IMG/VR virus record: IMGVR_UViG_3300030101_003884
Length of the DNA stretch: 56,623 nt
DNA from: an uncultured virus (IMG/VR IMGVR_UViG_3300030101_003884)
Taxonomy: Duplodnaviria > Heunggongvirae > Uroviricota > Caudoviricetes
Direction: 5' to 3' (one strand)
Of this stretch, positions 9,542 through 17,765 are shown piece by piece (position 1 is the first letter of the stretch; the number at the start of each line of letters is the position of its first letter). The notes beneath the pieces were generated by a model. The model did not search any database and was not told where the DNA came from. It saw nothing but the letters and a program-made list of their open reading frames with translations. A program made the translations under genes and the position numbers.

Positions 9542-11059
9542 CTAATACATTTTTGTAGGTTTGTTTCTACCTAGTTTGCATTTTACTTTTACTGAAGTAC
9601 CAGATTTATAACCCATAGGCTTATTCATCATACCACCGCCCATTAAAGTTTTAGCTGTGTCTCTAAAACTTGCTTTCATATTATCTTGATATGCTTGCTT
9701 ACCAAATATTTCTTTTGTACCTTTTTCATACAATCTTGATGACGCTATAGGGGAAACTTTTTTCATCTGCTCGTCTAATTTTTGTGCCGCTCTCATTTTT
9801 TTAAGAAATTCTGATTTTTGACCCGCAAAAAATTTATCATATTTTTTTTCTTTCAATTGAGCATCTCTCATATCTGATGCTGTTAATTTTTTACCTCTAC
9901 CCATAGCTCTTGCCATTGGACCACCTTCAGATCTACTTTTTACTTTTTCTTTTATTTTTTTTGCTACTTCTCCTACTTTAATACCTAAGCCTAAAGGAGT
10001 TGCTTTAGCTGCCTGTTTACTAAGTTTCTTTAACAAACCTCTTCTTCTTGCGCTTTGGCCTGCTGTAAATCTTTCTTTTTTCATAGGAGAAACTCTATCT
10101 CCTCCTACAAGTTGAGAAATAATAGCTCTTCTCTTAGCGTCTTTTTCAGGAAAAACTTTTTTAACTTTTTCGTCAGATAGGTACATACCACCTCTGTCAT
10201 AACCCATAGGTTTTTTCATCATGCCTCCTCCCATTTTTTTATTTCTTCTTATCTTGCCATCCTCAATAATACCAGGGGCTCCTCTTTTTTCTAAAAATTT
10301 AGCAGTTCTTCTCTCGTTTTCTCCAATTTTATCTTTTGTTTTTAAAGAGTGTGCAATCATTGCAGTCTTTGGATCTGTAAATGTTCTAACTTCATTTCCT
10401 TTGTTATATTTCTTCATCATGCCACCACCCATTTTTTTCTTAGGTTCTACTTGTTCCTTTTTCATTTTAGATTTTAAATAATTGTAAGCACCAACTCCTG
10501 CTGCCGCTACACCTAAAGCTATTTTACCTCTAGCACCAGTAGCTTTAGCTGCTCTTTTAGCAAAAGCCTCCTTTGCTTTTCTTCTATTAAATTGTTCAGA
10601 GGTTTCTTGCTTACCGCCTATCATTTTGAAACCTTTTGCTTTTCTCATTTCTTCTAATGATTTAAATTTTTTTCTTTGACCAATAATTTGAGCACGTGGT
10701 TTAACACCAACGATTGCTGCAACTCTACCTTTGTGTTGAGGACCTTCAAATGGTTTTGAGTATCCACTGAAAATTAATCTAGAACCTTCTTTAGGTAATT
10801 TAATACCTGATCCTCTTTTGGCTTTCATAACTTTACCTGGTTTTACTTTTTCATCTTGTAAACCTTGGCCTCTGCCTTTTGCTTTCTCTGCTCTAAGTAT
10901 TTTAAAATCTTGTGCATCAATTTTGTTATTTTTATTCTTGTCTAATTTTGCTTGGCCACCTGTTAAATACATATTTGCTTTTGCTTTTTCTTTAGCTGCA
11001 GCACTCTCTCGAGTTTCTTTTTTAGATTGTCCTGGGCTCATCATAACTCTTCGTGGCAT
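9542..11059 (-). CDS. Very basic, repetitive protein with EF-hand-like loop
   Basis: 505 aa Lys/Arg/Met/Gly-rich; three MGGGMM repeats; LDKNKNNKIDAQDF. Confidence 0.75.
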   Translation of the reverse strand: MPRRVMMSPGQSKKETRESAAAKEKAKANMYLTGGQAKLDKNKNNKIDAQDFKILRAEKAKGRGQGLQDEKVKPGKVMKAKRGSGIKLPKEGSRLIFSGYSKPFEGPQHKGRVAAIVGVKPRAQIIGQRKKFKSLEEMRKAKGFKMIGGKQETSEQFNRRKAKEAFAKRAAKATGARGKIALGVAAAGVGAYNYLKSKMKKEQVEPKKKMGGGMMKKYNKGNEVRTFTDPKTAMIAHSLKTKDKIGENERRTAKFLEKRGAPGIIEDGKIRRNKKMGGGMMKKPMGYDRGGMYLSDEKVKKVFPEKDAKRRAIISQLVGGDRVSPMKKERFTAGQSARRRGLLKKLSKQAAKATPLGLGIKVGEVAKKIKEKVKSRSEGGPMARAMGRGKKLTASDMRDAQLKEKKYDKFFAGQKSEFLKKMRAAQKLDEQMKKVSPIASSRLYEKGTKEIFGKQAYQDNMKASFRDTAKTLMGGGMMNKPMGYKSGTSVKVKCKLGRNKPTKMY

Positions 11060-11067
11060 AAATTCTC

Positions 11068-12546
11068 CTAATAATATTTATACTCTTTTTCTAATTTCAT
11101 TGGTGGGTCGTCCCAATCGTCTGAATACGTAGAAACAAATCCACCTTGTCGATATCTTAACACAGCTTGGGTCATAGAATCAACATAGTCATCGTATTGT
11201 CCATTAGGAAATGCTGCACATTCCTCAATTACTTCTTGAGCAAAATGTTGGTCTAATGGAGCAAATACCATACCAGACTCAAAGACAGGTGCACAGCTAT
11301 TTATACGTGTATGCTTGTCTCTGCCCCTAGCAGGCACATAATCAACTACAGGAATACCTGCACGTCTTAACTCATGTATTAGTGGCTGACCACTAGCTTT
11401 AGCCTCTATTATAACTGTTTCAGGTTCCCAATAATTATATTGTTCTAATGCCAGATTTTTAAGATCAGGAAAATCATATCTACCTTTTTGAGCATCAAGA
11501 AGAATAATACATTTCTCATATCCTTCTACAGGTTCAAATATTCCCCAAGTTGTAATTGCAGAATAGTCCGCAGTTTCTTTTTTTGAAAATGCAGTATCAT
11601 AGGATTGTATTACGTGTAGCAGTTTTGGAAGATGTTCCTTATCATAGTCTTGCCACCACTCACGTTTTATAATTGCACCTTCCTCTGAAGTTGGGTCCTG
11701 CATATACTGTGCATTCCAATTTTTTGTTGAGATTGAAGCTTTGACAGAATCTAAATCTTCTTTACTCCAATATTCAGGCCATACGGGTTGATCGTTTGGA
11801 AGTATGGCAGGAAATTCTATAACGTCCCACTTATCAGCTTTAGGTTCTGATTGTGCTTTGATGAGCCTTCCTGTTAAATCATCAGTAGCCCAACGAGTCA
11901 TTACAACTAAAATTCTACCACCTGGTTGTAAACGTTGTCTGGGTCCTGAACTGTACCATTCATATGCACGTTCCATTGCTGAATCAGACATTGAGTCTTG
12001 TTCAGTATGTGGGTCATCAATAATAAGTAAGTCCGCCCCTCGTCCTGTGATAGAACCGCCAACACCCGCTGCAAAATATTCCCCACCATGATTGGTCTCC
12101 CAACGCCCTTTAGCCTTACTATCTTCTCTAAGTGTAACATTTCCAAATATCTCTTTATACTCTCTGGTATTCATTAAGTTTCTAACTTTGCTACCGAACC
12201 GGGAAGCAAGTTCAGCATTGTGTGATACCTGCATTATTTTTTTCTTTGGATACTTACCAATATACCAAGCAGGGAATAAATAAGATGCAAATTCAGATTT
12301 GGTATGTCTAGGAGGCATATTGATTATGAGCCTCTTTGCATCACCGTCAGCTATTTCTTCAAAAGATTCAGCTATGATTTGGTGGTGGCCATACTTCTTT
12401 GGGTCCTTTGTTTTACGATAAATAAAATCTTGCCAGACAGATTCAGCAAAAATTAAAAAGTTATCCTGGCATAACTTGATCCACTCTAATTGCTTTTTTA
12501 GAATAATATCTTTTAATTCTTCTTCACTAAGGTTTTCAATATTCAT
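11068..12546 (-). CDS. terL: Terminase large subunit
   Basis: MPPRHTKS Walker A, LLIIDD Walker B, QSYDTA nuclease, DDYVDS; likely start MNIENL. Confidence 0.95.
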   Translation of the reverse strand: MNIENLSEEELKDIILKKQLEWIKLCQDNFLIFAESVWQDFIYRKTKDPKKYGHHQIIAESFEEIADGDAKRLIINMPPRHTKSEFASYLFPAWYIGKYPKKKIMQVSHNAELASRFGSKVRNLMNTREYKEIFGNVTLREDSKAKGRWETNHGGEYFAAGVGGSITGRGADLLIIDDPHTEQDSMSDSAMERAYEWYSSGPRQRLQPGGRILVVMTRWATDDLTGRLIKAQSEPKADKWDVIEFPAILPNDQPVWPEYWSKEDLDSVKASISTKNWNAQYMQDPTSEEGAIIKREWWQDYDKEHLPKLLHVIQSYDTAFSKKETADYSAITTWGIFEPVEGYEKCIILLDAQKGRYDFPDLKNLALEQYNYWEPETVIIEAKASGQPLIHELRRAGIPVVDYVPARGRDKHTRINSCAPVFESGMVFAPLDQHFAQEVIEECAAFPNGQYDDYVDSMTQAVLRYRQGGFVSTYSDDWDDPPMKLEKEYKYY

Positions 12547-12690
12547 ACCGTTTGGGACCCTAGTATATTTATATATCCTACTTTGTAAACCCGTTCGCCA
12601 CGTTGTCGTGAGCCATCTCACGTGGAAATTTGTGGTGAAATTTTAAAAAGTAAAAAGTTAGATTTTTAGAGCCTTCTATGGCGTAGATAC

Positions 12691-12718
12691 ACCAATGGCG
12701 CAAACGTGCGCCATTGGT
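12691..12718. terminator. Perfect 12-bp hairpin ending the early-gene cluster
   Basis: ACCAATGGCGCA-AACG-TGCGCCATTGGT directly after ORF 12738; no clear U tract. Confidence 0.6.
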
Positions 12719-12737
12719 TAGTGTTTAATATTAATAA

Positions 12738-12998
12738 TTATTCTGGTTTGTGTAGTGCCTGAACTAATGTACTAAACTTTTTAAGTACATTGTCCTTAAA
12801 CTCGTCCACTACAGGGTTGCCAATGTTTTCAAGTATGTGTTTTTCACACTCACCCATTAACAACTGAAACATAATCTCATAGTTGAGTTGTTTCTTTTGC
12901 CCACTCTCAATAACCATATCGGATAATGATGTAGGTGCATTAGAGTTTAATCGTTCACTTAATACGTTTGCAATATTGATTAGATCATTATTTGGCAT
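12738..12998 (-). CDS. Hypothetical early protein
   Basis: ORF, probable start MPNNDL overlapping upstream stop. Confidence 0.7.
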   Translation of the reverse strand: MPNNDLINIANVLSERLNSNAPTSLSDMVIESGQKKQLNYEIMFQLLMGECEKHILENIGNPVVDEFKDNVLKKFSTLVQALHKPE

Positions 12999-13314
12999 TG
13001 TTGTCACCTATTGCTTTGTATTCACTATATTCAATCTCAGTAGTGAACTTGTTATACAAATCGTTATGAGCAATTTTAAAGTTTGCTGTTTCAAACTTTT
13101 TTCTCTTACGATTTATTTTTTGTAATCCAAAACTCTCACCATTCTCATCTTGAACAATGATAAGATTTTGTTTTGTTCTATCAAAGCAATCCACAATGTT
13201 TTGTTTCATAGTGTCTAACTCTTTTGTTAGTCTATTTTGTTTCAGCTTTAATTGAACATAAGCAAGAACTACTTTTTTTTCTTCTTGCTTTAGTCGTCTT
13301 TGTGCTTGTGTCAT
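12988..13314 (-). CDS. Hypothetical early protein (coiled coil)
   Basis: ORF with GAGG RBS downstream of promoter 13358-13385. Confidence 0.75.
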   Translation of the reverse strand: MTQAQRRLKQEEKKVVLAYVQLKLKQNRLTKELDTMKQNIVDCFDRTKQNLIIVQDENGESFGLQKINRKRKKFETANFKIAHNDLYNKFTTEIEYSEYKAIGDNNAK

Positions 13315-13357
13315 AAGACCTCTTTGTTAAGTTATGTATTCTTATGAATACTCCCTC

Positions 13358-13385
13358 GTCTTATCAGATCCCACTATTTATACAA
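13358..13385 (-). promoter_or_regulatory. Sigma70-like early promoter
   Basis: TTGTAT-N16-TAAGAC with extended TG and GTGGGAT in spacer; near-identical architecture at 14162-14189. Confidence 0.6.
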
Positions 13386-13388
13386 TAG

Positions 13389-13589
13389 TTAATTTAATTT
13401 TTTTTTATCTTTTTTATTAAGTCTATCAATAATGGTATTAACATTTGGTTCAACCTCTAGTTGTAATGATCTTTCTAAAAATTTCACAAGTTCCGTCAGC
13501 TGCCTTGTCATCTTATCTTGTTCTCGTTGTCCTGCACCACGAGAACGAGACGAGCCGACATTGTCGGCTCGTTTAATATCTTTCGGCAT
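13389..13589 (-). CDS. Hypothetical early protein
   Basis: ORF coupled to upstream stop. Confidence 0.55.
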   Translation of the reverse strand: MPKDIKRADNVGSSRSRGAGQREQDKMTRQLTELVKFLERSLQLEVEPNVNTIIDRLNKKDKKKLN

Positions 13590-14014
13590 TACCAACTACA
13601 CCAATACTCAACGACCTTTTTATCGTTGATTGCTTGCTGACAGAATTTTAAAAATTTTAAATCCTGCTCTTTGTACTCCTTGACGGAATCTTCTTGAAAC
13701 TGTTGTCCCCAGAAAAAACCATCTTCTGCGTGATAGTCGGCAAACCCTTTTTCTATTTGTTCGCCTAACTCCTTTACGACATCTTCCGTAATATAACAGG
13801 GTTCGTCTTGGTCAGAGTTGAAACCTAAATGTGCAAGGTGTCCCTCAACGCTTATAGCTGGGTTTTGTTGCGCCCATTTCTTTGCCATAAACTCTTGAAG
13901 TCTTGCGTGCTTTCGCCAAACGAAGACCTTTGATTCTTCTTCTTTGTCATCATCAAAGTATTTTTTCCAATCTACTTTATGACCTCGAAGATGTGCGTGT
14001 TGATCTAGTCCCAT
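13589..14014 (-). CDS. Conserved phage protein (MGLD...WRKH family)
   Basis: MGLDQ start, WRKHARL, GFFWG, YWCSW end; AAGGAG RBS. Confidence 0.8.
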   Translation of the reverse strand: MGLDQHAHLRGHKVDWKKYFDDDKEEESKVFVWRKHARLQEFMAKKWAQQNPAISVEGHLAHLGFNSDQDEPCYITEDVVKELGEQIEKGFADYHAEDGFFWGQQFQEDSVKEYKEQDLKFLKFCQQAINDKKVVEYWCSW

Positions 14015-14161
14015 ATCATTCTCCTTTTTTAGTTTATGGGTATGCTTTGGGTTAATCCCCTTGGTGATACCCTAACCGATGTGTGGGCATTTATTCGGTG
14101 TGATCAATTCACCTATAGGAAATTTTTAAGGCATTTCTATAGCACAGCCACCCACATCATT

Positions 14162-14189
14162 GTCTTATCATATCCCACCATTAACGCAA
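14162..14189 (-). promoter_or_regulatory. Sigma70-like early promoter
   Basis: TTGCGT-N16-TAAGAC with extended TG and GTGGGAT in spacer. Confidence 0.6.
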
Positions 14190-14198
14190 CAATTATCT

Positions 14199-14215
14199 TT
14201 TAGAATCATTCTAAA
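14199..14215. promoter_or_regulatory. Palindrome matching the Irr iron control element (ICE)
   Basis: TTTAGAAT-C-ATTCTAAA, full match to TTTRGAAYNRTTCYAAA; about 10 bp upstream of a -35 box. Confidence 0.65.
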
Positions 14216-14411
14216 CTAGCTTACCAAACCATTCTTCGTACCGAAGCCGTGTTGGGAGACCAGCACTGGAGTTCACCATACATCAACTCTTTCCTATCCG
14301 AGAAACGAGACCGAGCTTTAGCAAACTAATTTGCTACTACTTCCTGCGCAGTGACTGGGAACTTTGAGCACCATCAATGTAACTGGGATCCGCAGCTGGG
14401 ACGAGCGAGGG

Positions 14412-14513
14412 CTAGAAAATCCCCATCAGAACGAGAACGAGCACGGCGGTGCTGGCTAAAGTAAAACTTGGGAAAAGAAATAACAGACTCAAGTAAACGA
14501 GAATAAAGCCCAA
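14412..14513 (-). CDS. Small hydrophobic membrane peptide (33 aa)
   Basis: TTG start after AAGGAGG; MGFILVYLSLLFLFPSFTLASTAVLVLVLMGIF. Confidence 0.55.
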   Translation of the reverse strand: MGFILVYLSLLFLFPSFTLASTAVLVLVLMGIF

Positions 14514-14774
14514 TCACACCTCCTTATCAACCACACTGTACTCGAGCCAACCATCCATGGCCTCCACACCTTTCATGAATGCATCCTTCTCTGCAGCAGA
14601 AGCGAAGGTGTAGGTTCGTCTTTCTTGTTTCTCTCGGCCCCAATCAATCGTAACGGCATGTTCTCCCTGGACCTCGGACTCAGCCCAGCTGTTACCGTTG
14701 GCAATGCAGCGCGTGCCCCGAGCTCCTGTTAACGCGTACGTTTTACCAGCTTCAGGTTTATTATGATTTTTCAT
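14514..14774 (-). CDS. Hypothetical early protein
   Basis: ORF with AAAGGAG RBS; YTF...EKDAFMKGV...GWLEY. Confidence 0.75.
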   Translation of the reverse strand: MKNHNKPEAGKTYALTGARGTRCIANGNSWAESEVQGEHAVTIDWGREKQERRTYTFASAAEKDAFMKGVEAMDGWLEYSVVDKEV

Positions 14775-14862
14775 TTGCTCTCCTTTGTTAGTTAAGCCTG
14801 CACCACCCTTTCGTTTGTTACATAGGCGACTTGTTAATGTGCCAGCGTTACAGGCCAGATCT

Positions 14863-14891
14863 TACATAAGATATGATGGGACATCTGTCAA
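14863..14891 (-). promoter_or_regulatory. Sigma70-like early promoter
   Basis: TTGACA-GATGTCCCATCATATCT(17)-TATGTA. Confidence 0.65.
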
Positions 14892-15103
14892 CCCCTTTTT
14901 TTTATTTTCTCAAACCTTTCTTTCAAGGTAATGCTTCTACCCACATAAATTGGCTTCTCTAGTTCTTCAACACACGCTATCGCATCAGCTACCAGCTCCC
15001 TGAGATCCGTGTTTTGCTGCTGGAGCTCATCAATTCTCTTGTGGTAGGAACGAGATTTATTCTCTCCTCGTACGAGATCTAGTGCTTCAAAATCTACAGT
15101 CAT
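14888..15103 (-). CDS. Hypothetical early protein
   Basis: Probable start MTVDFEALD after AAAGGA. Confidence 0.7.
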   Translation of the reverse strand: MTVDFEALDLVRGENKSRSYHKRIDELQQQNTDLRELVADAIACVEELEKPIYVGRSITLKERFEKIKKRG

Positions 15104-15122
15104 TATAATCCTTTCTTTCTCA

Positions 15123-15151
15123 ACGATACGACATCGTGGGACAGCTGTCAA
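15123..15151 (-). promoter_or_regulatory. Sigma70-like early promoter
   Basis: TTGACA-GCTGTCCCACGATGTCG(17)-TATCGT; paralogous to 14863-14891. Confidence 0.65.
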
Positions 15152-15337
15152 CTAAACTTCTAACCTTACCGGGAGGGGGCTCTGCTCAGCGTAACCCCCA
15201 GCCCCATGTTTTTATTATACGAGAACGAGGTCTATCCGAGAACGAGAACGAGATCCTGCTGCACCATCCATGCCGTTACCGGGCCACCGACTACAAAGAG
15301 GTAAAAGGAGTCGGTGGCCGGGAAACGACAACGAGGA

Positions 15338-15748
15338 TCACGCTGCTTCGGGAGGAGATCCCAGCTCCGTCAGTAACCTTCGCTGGATGATGGGCCATTC
15401 AAACGGGAACGTGAACGAAGCAAACGACACGAGGGTACGAGGATCAGTAAACACGGACACCGGTCTGTACAGTTTAAGGAGTCTCTTCAAAGGGGTCTCT
15501 TTGAAGATAATTACCTTACCACCTGCCAAAATATACTTGTTGATCCAAACAATTTGCCATTTATTTAGCTTGGGATAACTTAATGAATCTGATTTAAGTT
15601 CAATCCAAAATACTTCGTTATTCATAACAGCGTGTATGTCAGGTATACCATTAATTGTGCTAGATTCTATGCGGGTTAGAAAGCAATCAGTCAGTCCTTT
15701 TTTTATCTTCTGCCAGAGTTTAGATTCGGGATTTTTAGATATTGTCAT
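15338..15748 (-). CDS. PD-(D/E)XK nuclease (VRR-NUC / Holliday junction resolvase-like)
   Basis: E...GIPDI...WIELK...Q..W. Confidence 0.8.
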   Translation of the reverse strand: MTISKNPESKLWQKIKKGLTDCFLTRIESSTINGIPDIHAVMNNEVFWIELKSDSLSYPKLNKWQIVWINKYILAGGKVIIFKETPLKRLLKLYRPVSVFTDPRTLVSFASFTFPFEWPIIQRRLLTELGSPPEAA

Positions 15749-16047
15749 TAAGTCAGTTTTTTAATTTCTTTGATGACTGAATTAGGTATTAATGTTGTAT
15801 TACCTATTGATTCAATTTCTGTTTTATTATCGTTATATGAGTAATCACCAAATATTCTTGTGACACCATTCTTTTGAGAAAGTAAGTGACCTTTAGTAAT
15901 ACATGTAGCCAATTTAGCTTTTTTAACATCAGAAAAACTATTCCATGAAGAGTCTGAAACAATATCAAACCATTCAACAGAAACCATAGGATATTTTTCT
16001 ATCTCTGTTTTAACTTTTTTTGGAACAGAAATTTTACGTTTAATCAT
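15748..16047 (-). CDS. Conserved hypothetical protein
   Basis: VEWFDIVSDSSW...C...G...IP pattern. Confidence 0.75.
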   Translation of the reverse strand: MIKRKISVPKKVKTEIEKYPMVSVEWFDIVSDSSWNSFSDVKKAKLATCITKGHLLSQKNGVTRIFGDYSYNDNKTEIESIGNTTLIPNSVIKEIKKLT

Positions 16048-16186
16048 CTACCTTCACCTTTATTTTACCAACATAAGAAACAATTTTAGAGTTATGTACT
16101 TGGTTAAAAACATTTAACCATTCAGACCAACTAGCTTTCTTCAATTGCTGCAACGTCTTGGGACTCAACCTCAATCGTTTTGGCAT
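16040..16186 (-). CDS. Small hypothetical protein
   Basis: 3' part of ORF 16040..16294 from MPKRL; fills the gap between terS and the next gene. Confidence 0.45.
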   Translation of the reverse strand: MPKRLRLSPKTLQQLKKASWSEWLNVFNQVHNSKIVSYVGKIKVKVDD

Positions 16187-16661
16187 TGTGCCCATCGATC
16201 TTGTCCGATAATTCCTGAAGTTTTTTTTCAAGTTGTTCACGTGACATACCCTCCAAACCACTGACTCTAACCTCTTTTCTATCAACATAAGCACCAGCTA
16301 ATTGACCTGATCGATACTCAGCATTAATAGCAGCTGCATATTGTTTATCCTTTTCGGCTTTGTCAGAAATTCTTTCTAATCTTTTATATCTTCTTAAGTT
16401 GTCACCTTCGTATTTTTTTACTTCTCTTTCAAATAATTTATCAAAATATTTAGCGATATGTGGGCTATGCTTTCTAGATAACATTCTAGATGCAACAGAT
16501 CCATAATCTTTCTCATTAGTGCAAACATAACCTGCACGTTTAAGTGCTTCAGCTTGTGTTATTGATCCCCAATCTTTTACGTATATCTCTACAAACATTT
16601 TTTGTTTAGGAGTAAGATCAAGTTCTGTTCTTGCAGATTTCTTTTTAAGTCCACCAGGCAT
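16131..16661 (-). CDS. terS: Terminase small subunit
   Basis: LTPKQKMFV...AEALKRAGY...ASRML HTH; AAINAEYRSGQLAG. Confidence 0.8.
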   Translation of the reverse strand: MPGGLKKKSARTELDLTPKQKMFVEIYVKDWGSITQAEALKRAGYVCTNEKDYGSVASRMLSRKHSPHIAKYFDKLFEREVKKYEGDNLRRYKRLERISDKAEKDKQYAAAINAEYRSGQLAGAYVDRKEVRVSGLEGMSREQLEKKLQELSDKIDGHNAKTIEVESQDVAAIEES

Positions 16662-16867
16662 TACTTTCTACCTGGTTTTTTCTTTGGAAATTCTTTTAAT
16701 GTTTTATTAATTGTTTCAGCTGATTCTCTAAAAGCAGAAGAAGTGCTTAAACCAGCAGCTCTGTTTTCACCATATTCTTTTTCAAACATTTTTTGAAATT
16801 TCTTACTCGCACCTTTTACGTAGGGCATCCCAAATTTATACGCTATACCAAAAAAATATTTACTCAT
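16661..16867 (-). CDS. Hypothetical protein
   Basis: ORF coupled to terS. Confidence 0.65.
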   Translation of the reverse strand: MSKYFFGIAYKFGMPYVKGASKKFQKMFEKEYGENRAAGLSTSSAFRESAETINKTLKEFPKKKPGRK

Positions 16868-16970
16868 AATTACCGCCTATTTCTTCTTTATCCCATAATA
16901 ACAACAGGAACAACACAAAGCTATAGGTTAAGGCTATGAATCCCAAAGATATTAAAAGATCAATGAACAT
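16860..16970 (-). CDS. Small membrane peptide (36 aa)
   Basis: Manual ORF MFIDLLISLGFIALTYSFVLFLLLLWDKEEIGGNYE. Confidence 0.5.
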   Translation of the reverse strand: MFIDLLISLGFIALTYSFVLFLLLLWDKEEIGGNYE

Positions 16971-16977
16971 TAATTTC

Positions 16978-17206
16978 TACTATATAGATTATTCTACCCT
17001 TTTAAAATAGTCCAAAAAACTTTCGATAACGTTCCCGCAAGAGTGGTGTATCCCAGATACACCATAGATACACCATAGATACACCACTAAAAACGATTAA
17101 AAGTGTTGGTATAGTTGAATAATAGTTCATTAGATACACCAGATACACCACTTTAGACCCCTGGGGTACTTTTTATTAATCAAAGGTCTAGAATATCTAT
17201 ATAGTA
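16978..17206. repeat. Iteron-like locus, putative replication origin
   Basis: Five direct AGATACACCA plus one inverted TGGTGTATC, bracketed by the inverted pair TACTATATAGATTATTCTA / TAGAATATCTATATAGTA. Confidence 0.7.
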
Positions 17207-17215
17207 TATTTTTAG

Positions 17216-17232
17216 ATTAGAATCGTTCTAAA
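17216..17232. promoter_or_regulatory. Second ICE-like box
   Basis: ATTAGAATCGTTCTAAA, 16/17 match to TTTRGAAYNRTTCYAAA; shares trailing CTA with the first copy. Confidence 0.55.
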
Positions 17233-17372
17233 CTATAATTATTGTTGTCCGGTGTCCGGTTTTCGTGTAAACTTGTGGTGTGTTTGTTTTTATTAACATC
17301 ATATCATTGATCCCTGGAGTAAGTCATAATTTAGCTCTCTTGATCGCTCCAGGGGTTTTACATCCCACATGA

Positions 17373-17765
17373 CTAGGTTAATTTTTTATTATTTTCTTTA
17401 ATTATAAGATCTCTAATCTTTCTTCTCTCTTCCTTACTATTAGCCTCTCGATACTGTTTATATAAACTTCGATACCGGATCCAACCTATTTGCATTTCAG
17501 TAAATTTAATTTTTCCATTATCTACCATTTTAAGATATTCACCTCTTACAAAATCAGGGTCAAGTTCAGCTCCCCAACACACCCGTTGAAAGTCATTTGA
17601 ATTGTCTACAAACCAACAATGGCTATCATGTTTATGATACGTTTCTTTTTTAAAATTAGAAATATTTGTAGCATCCTCCAGAGCCTGTACTAATATAGCT
17701 TGAAACAATCGCTGCTCTGCGAATGCTTTCGGTTTTGTAATTTCTAGGCTCAATTTAATGCCCAA
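17373..17765 (-). CDS. Conserved hypothetical protein (start uncertain)
   Basis: EQRLFQAILVQALEDA...WF...DF..VC..AELDP motif. Confidence 0.75.
   Translation of the reverse strand: MGIKLSLEITKPKAFAEQRLFQAILVQALEDATNISNFKKETYHKHDSHCWFVDNSNDFQRVCWGAELDPDFVRGEYLKMVDNGKIKFTEMQIGWIRYRSLYKQYREANSKEERRKIRDLIIKENNKKLT

Larger units (their letters stand above)
13540..15442 (+). repeat. Dispersed clusters of ACGAG(A) repeats
   Basis: Clusters at about 13540, 14298, 14400, 14430, 15050, 15219-15252, 15325, 15408-15442. Confidence 0.7.

Noticed and set aside
15136..15578. Plus-strand ORFs 15136..15390 and 15270..15578
   Set aside because: Arise from GC-rich repeat DNA and are partly antisense to the nuclease gene; no RBS or motif support
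17044..17150. AGATACACCA repeats as a mini-CRISPR array
   Set aside because: Repeats are only 10 bp, mostly abutting, with no unique spacers of CRISPR size and no cas genes
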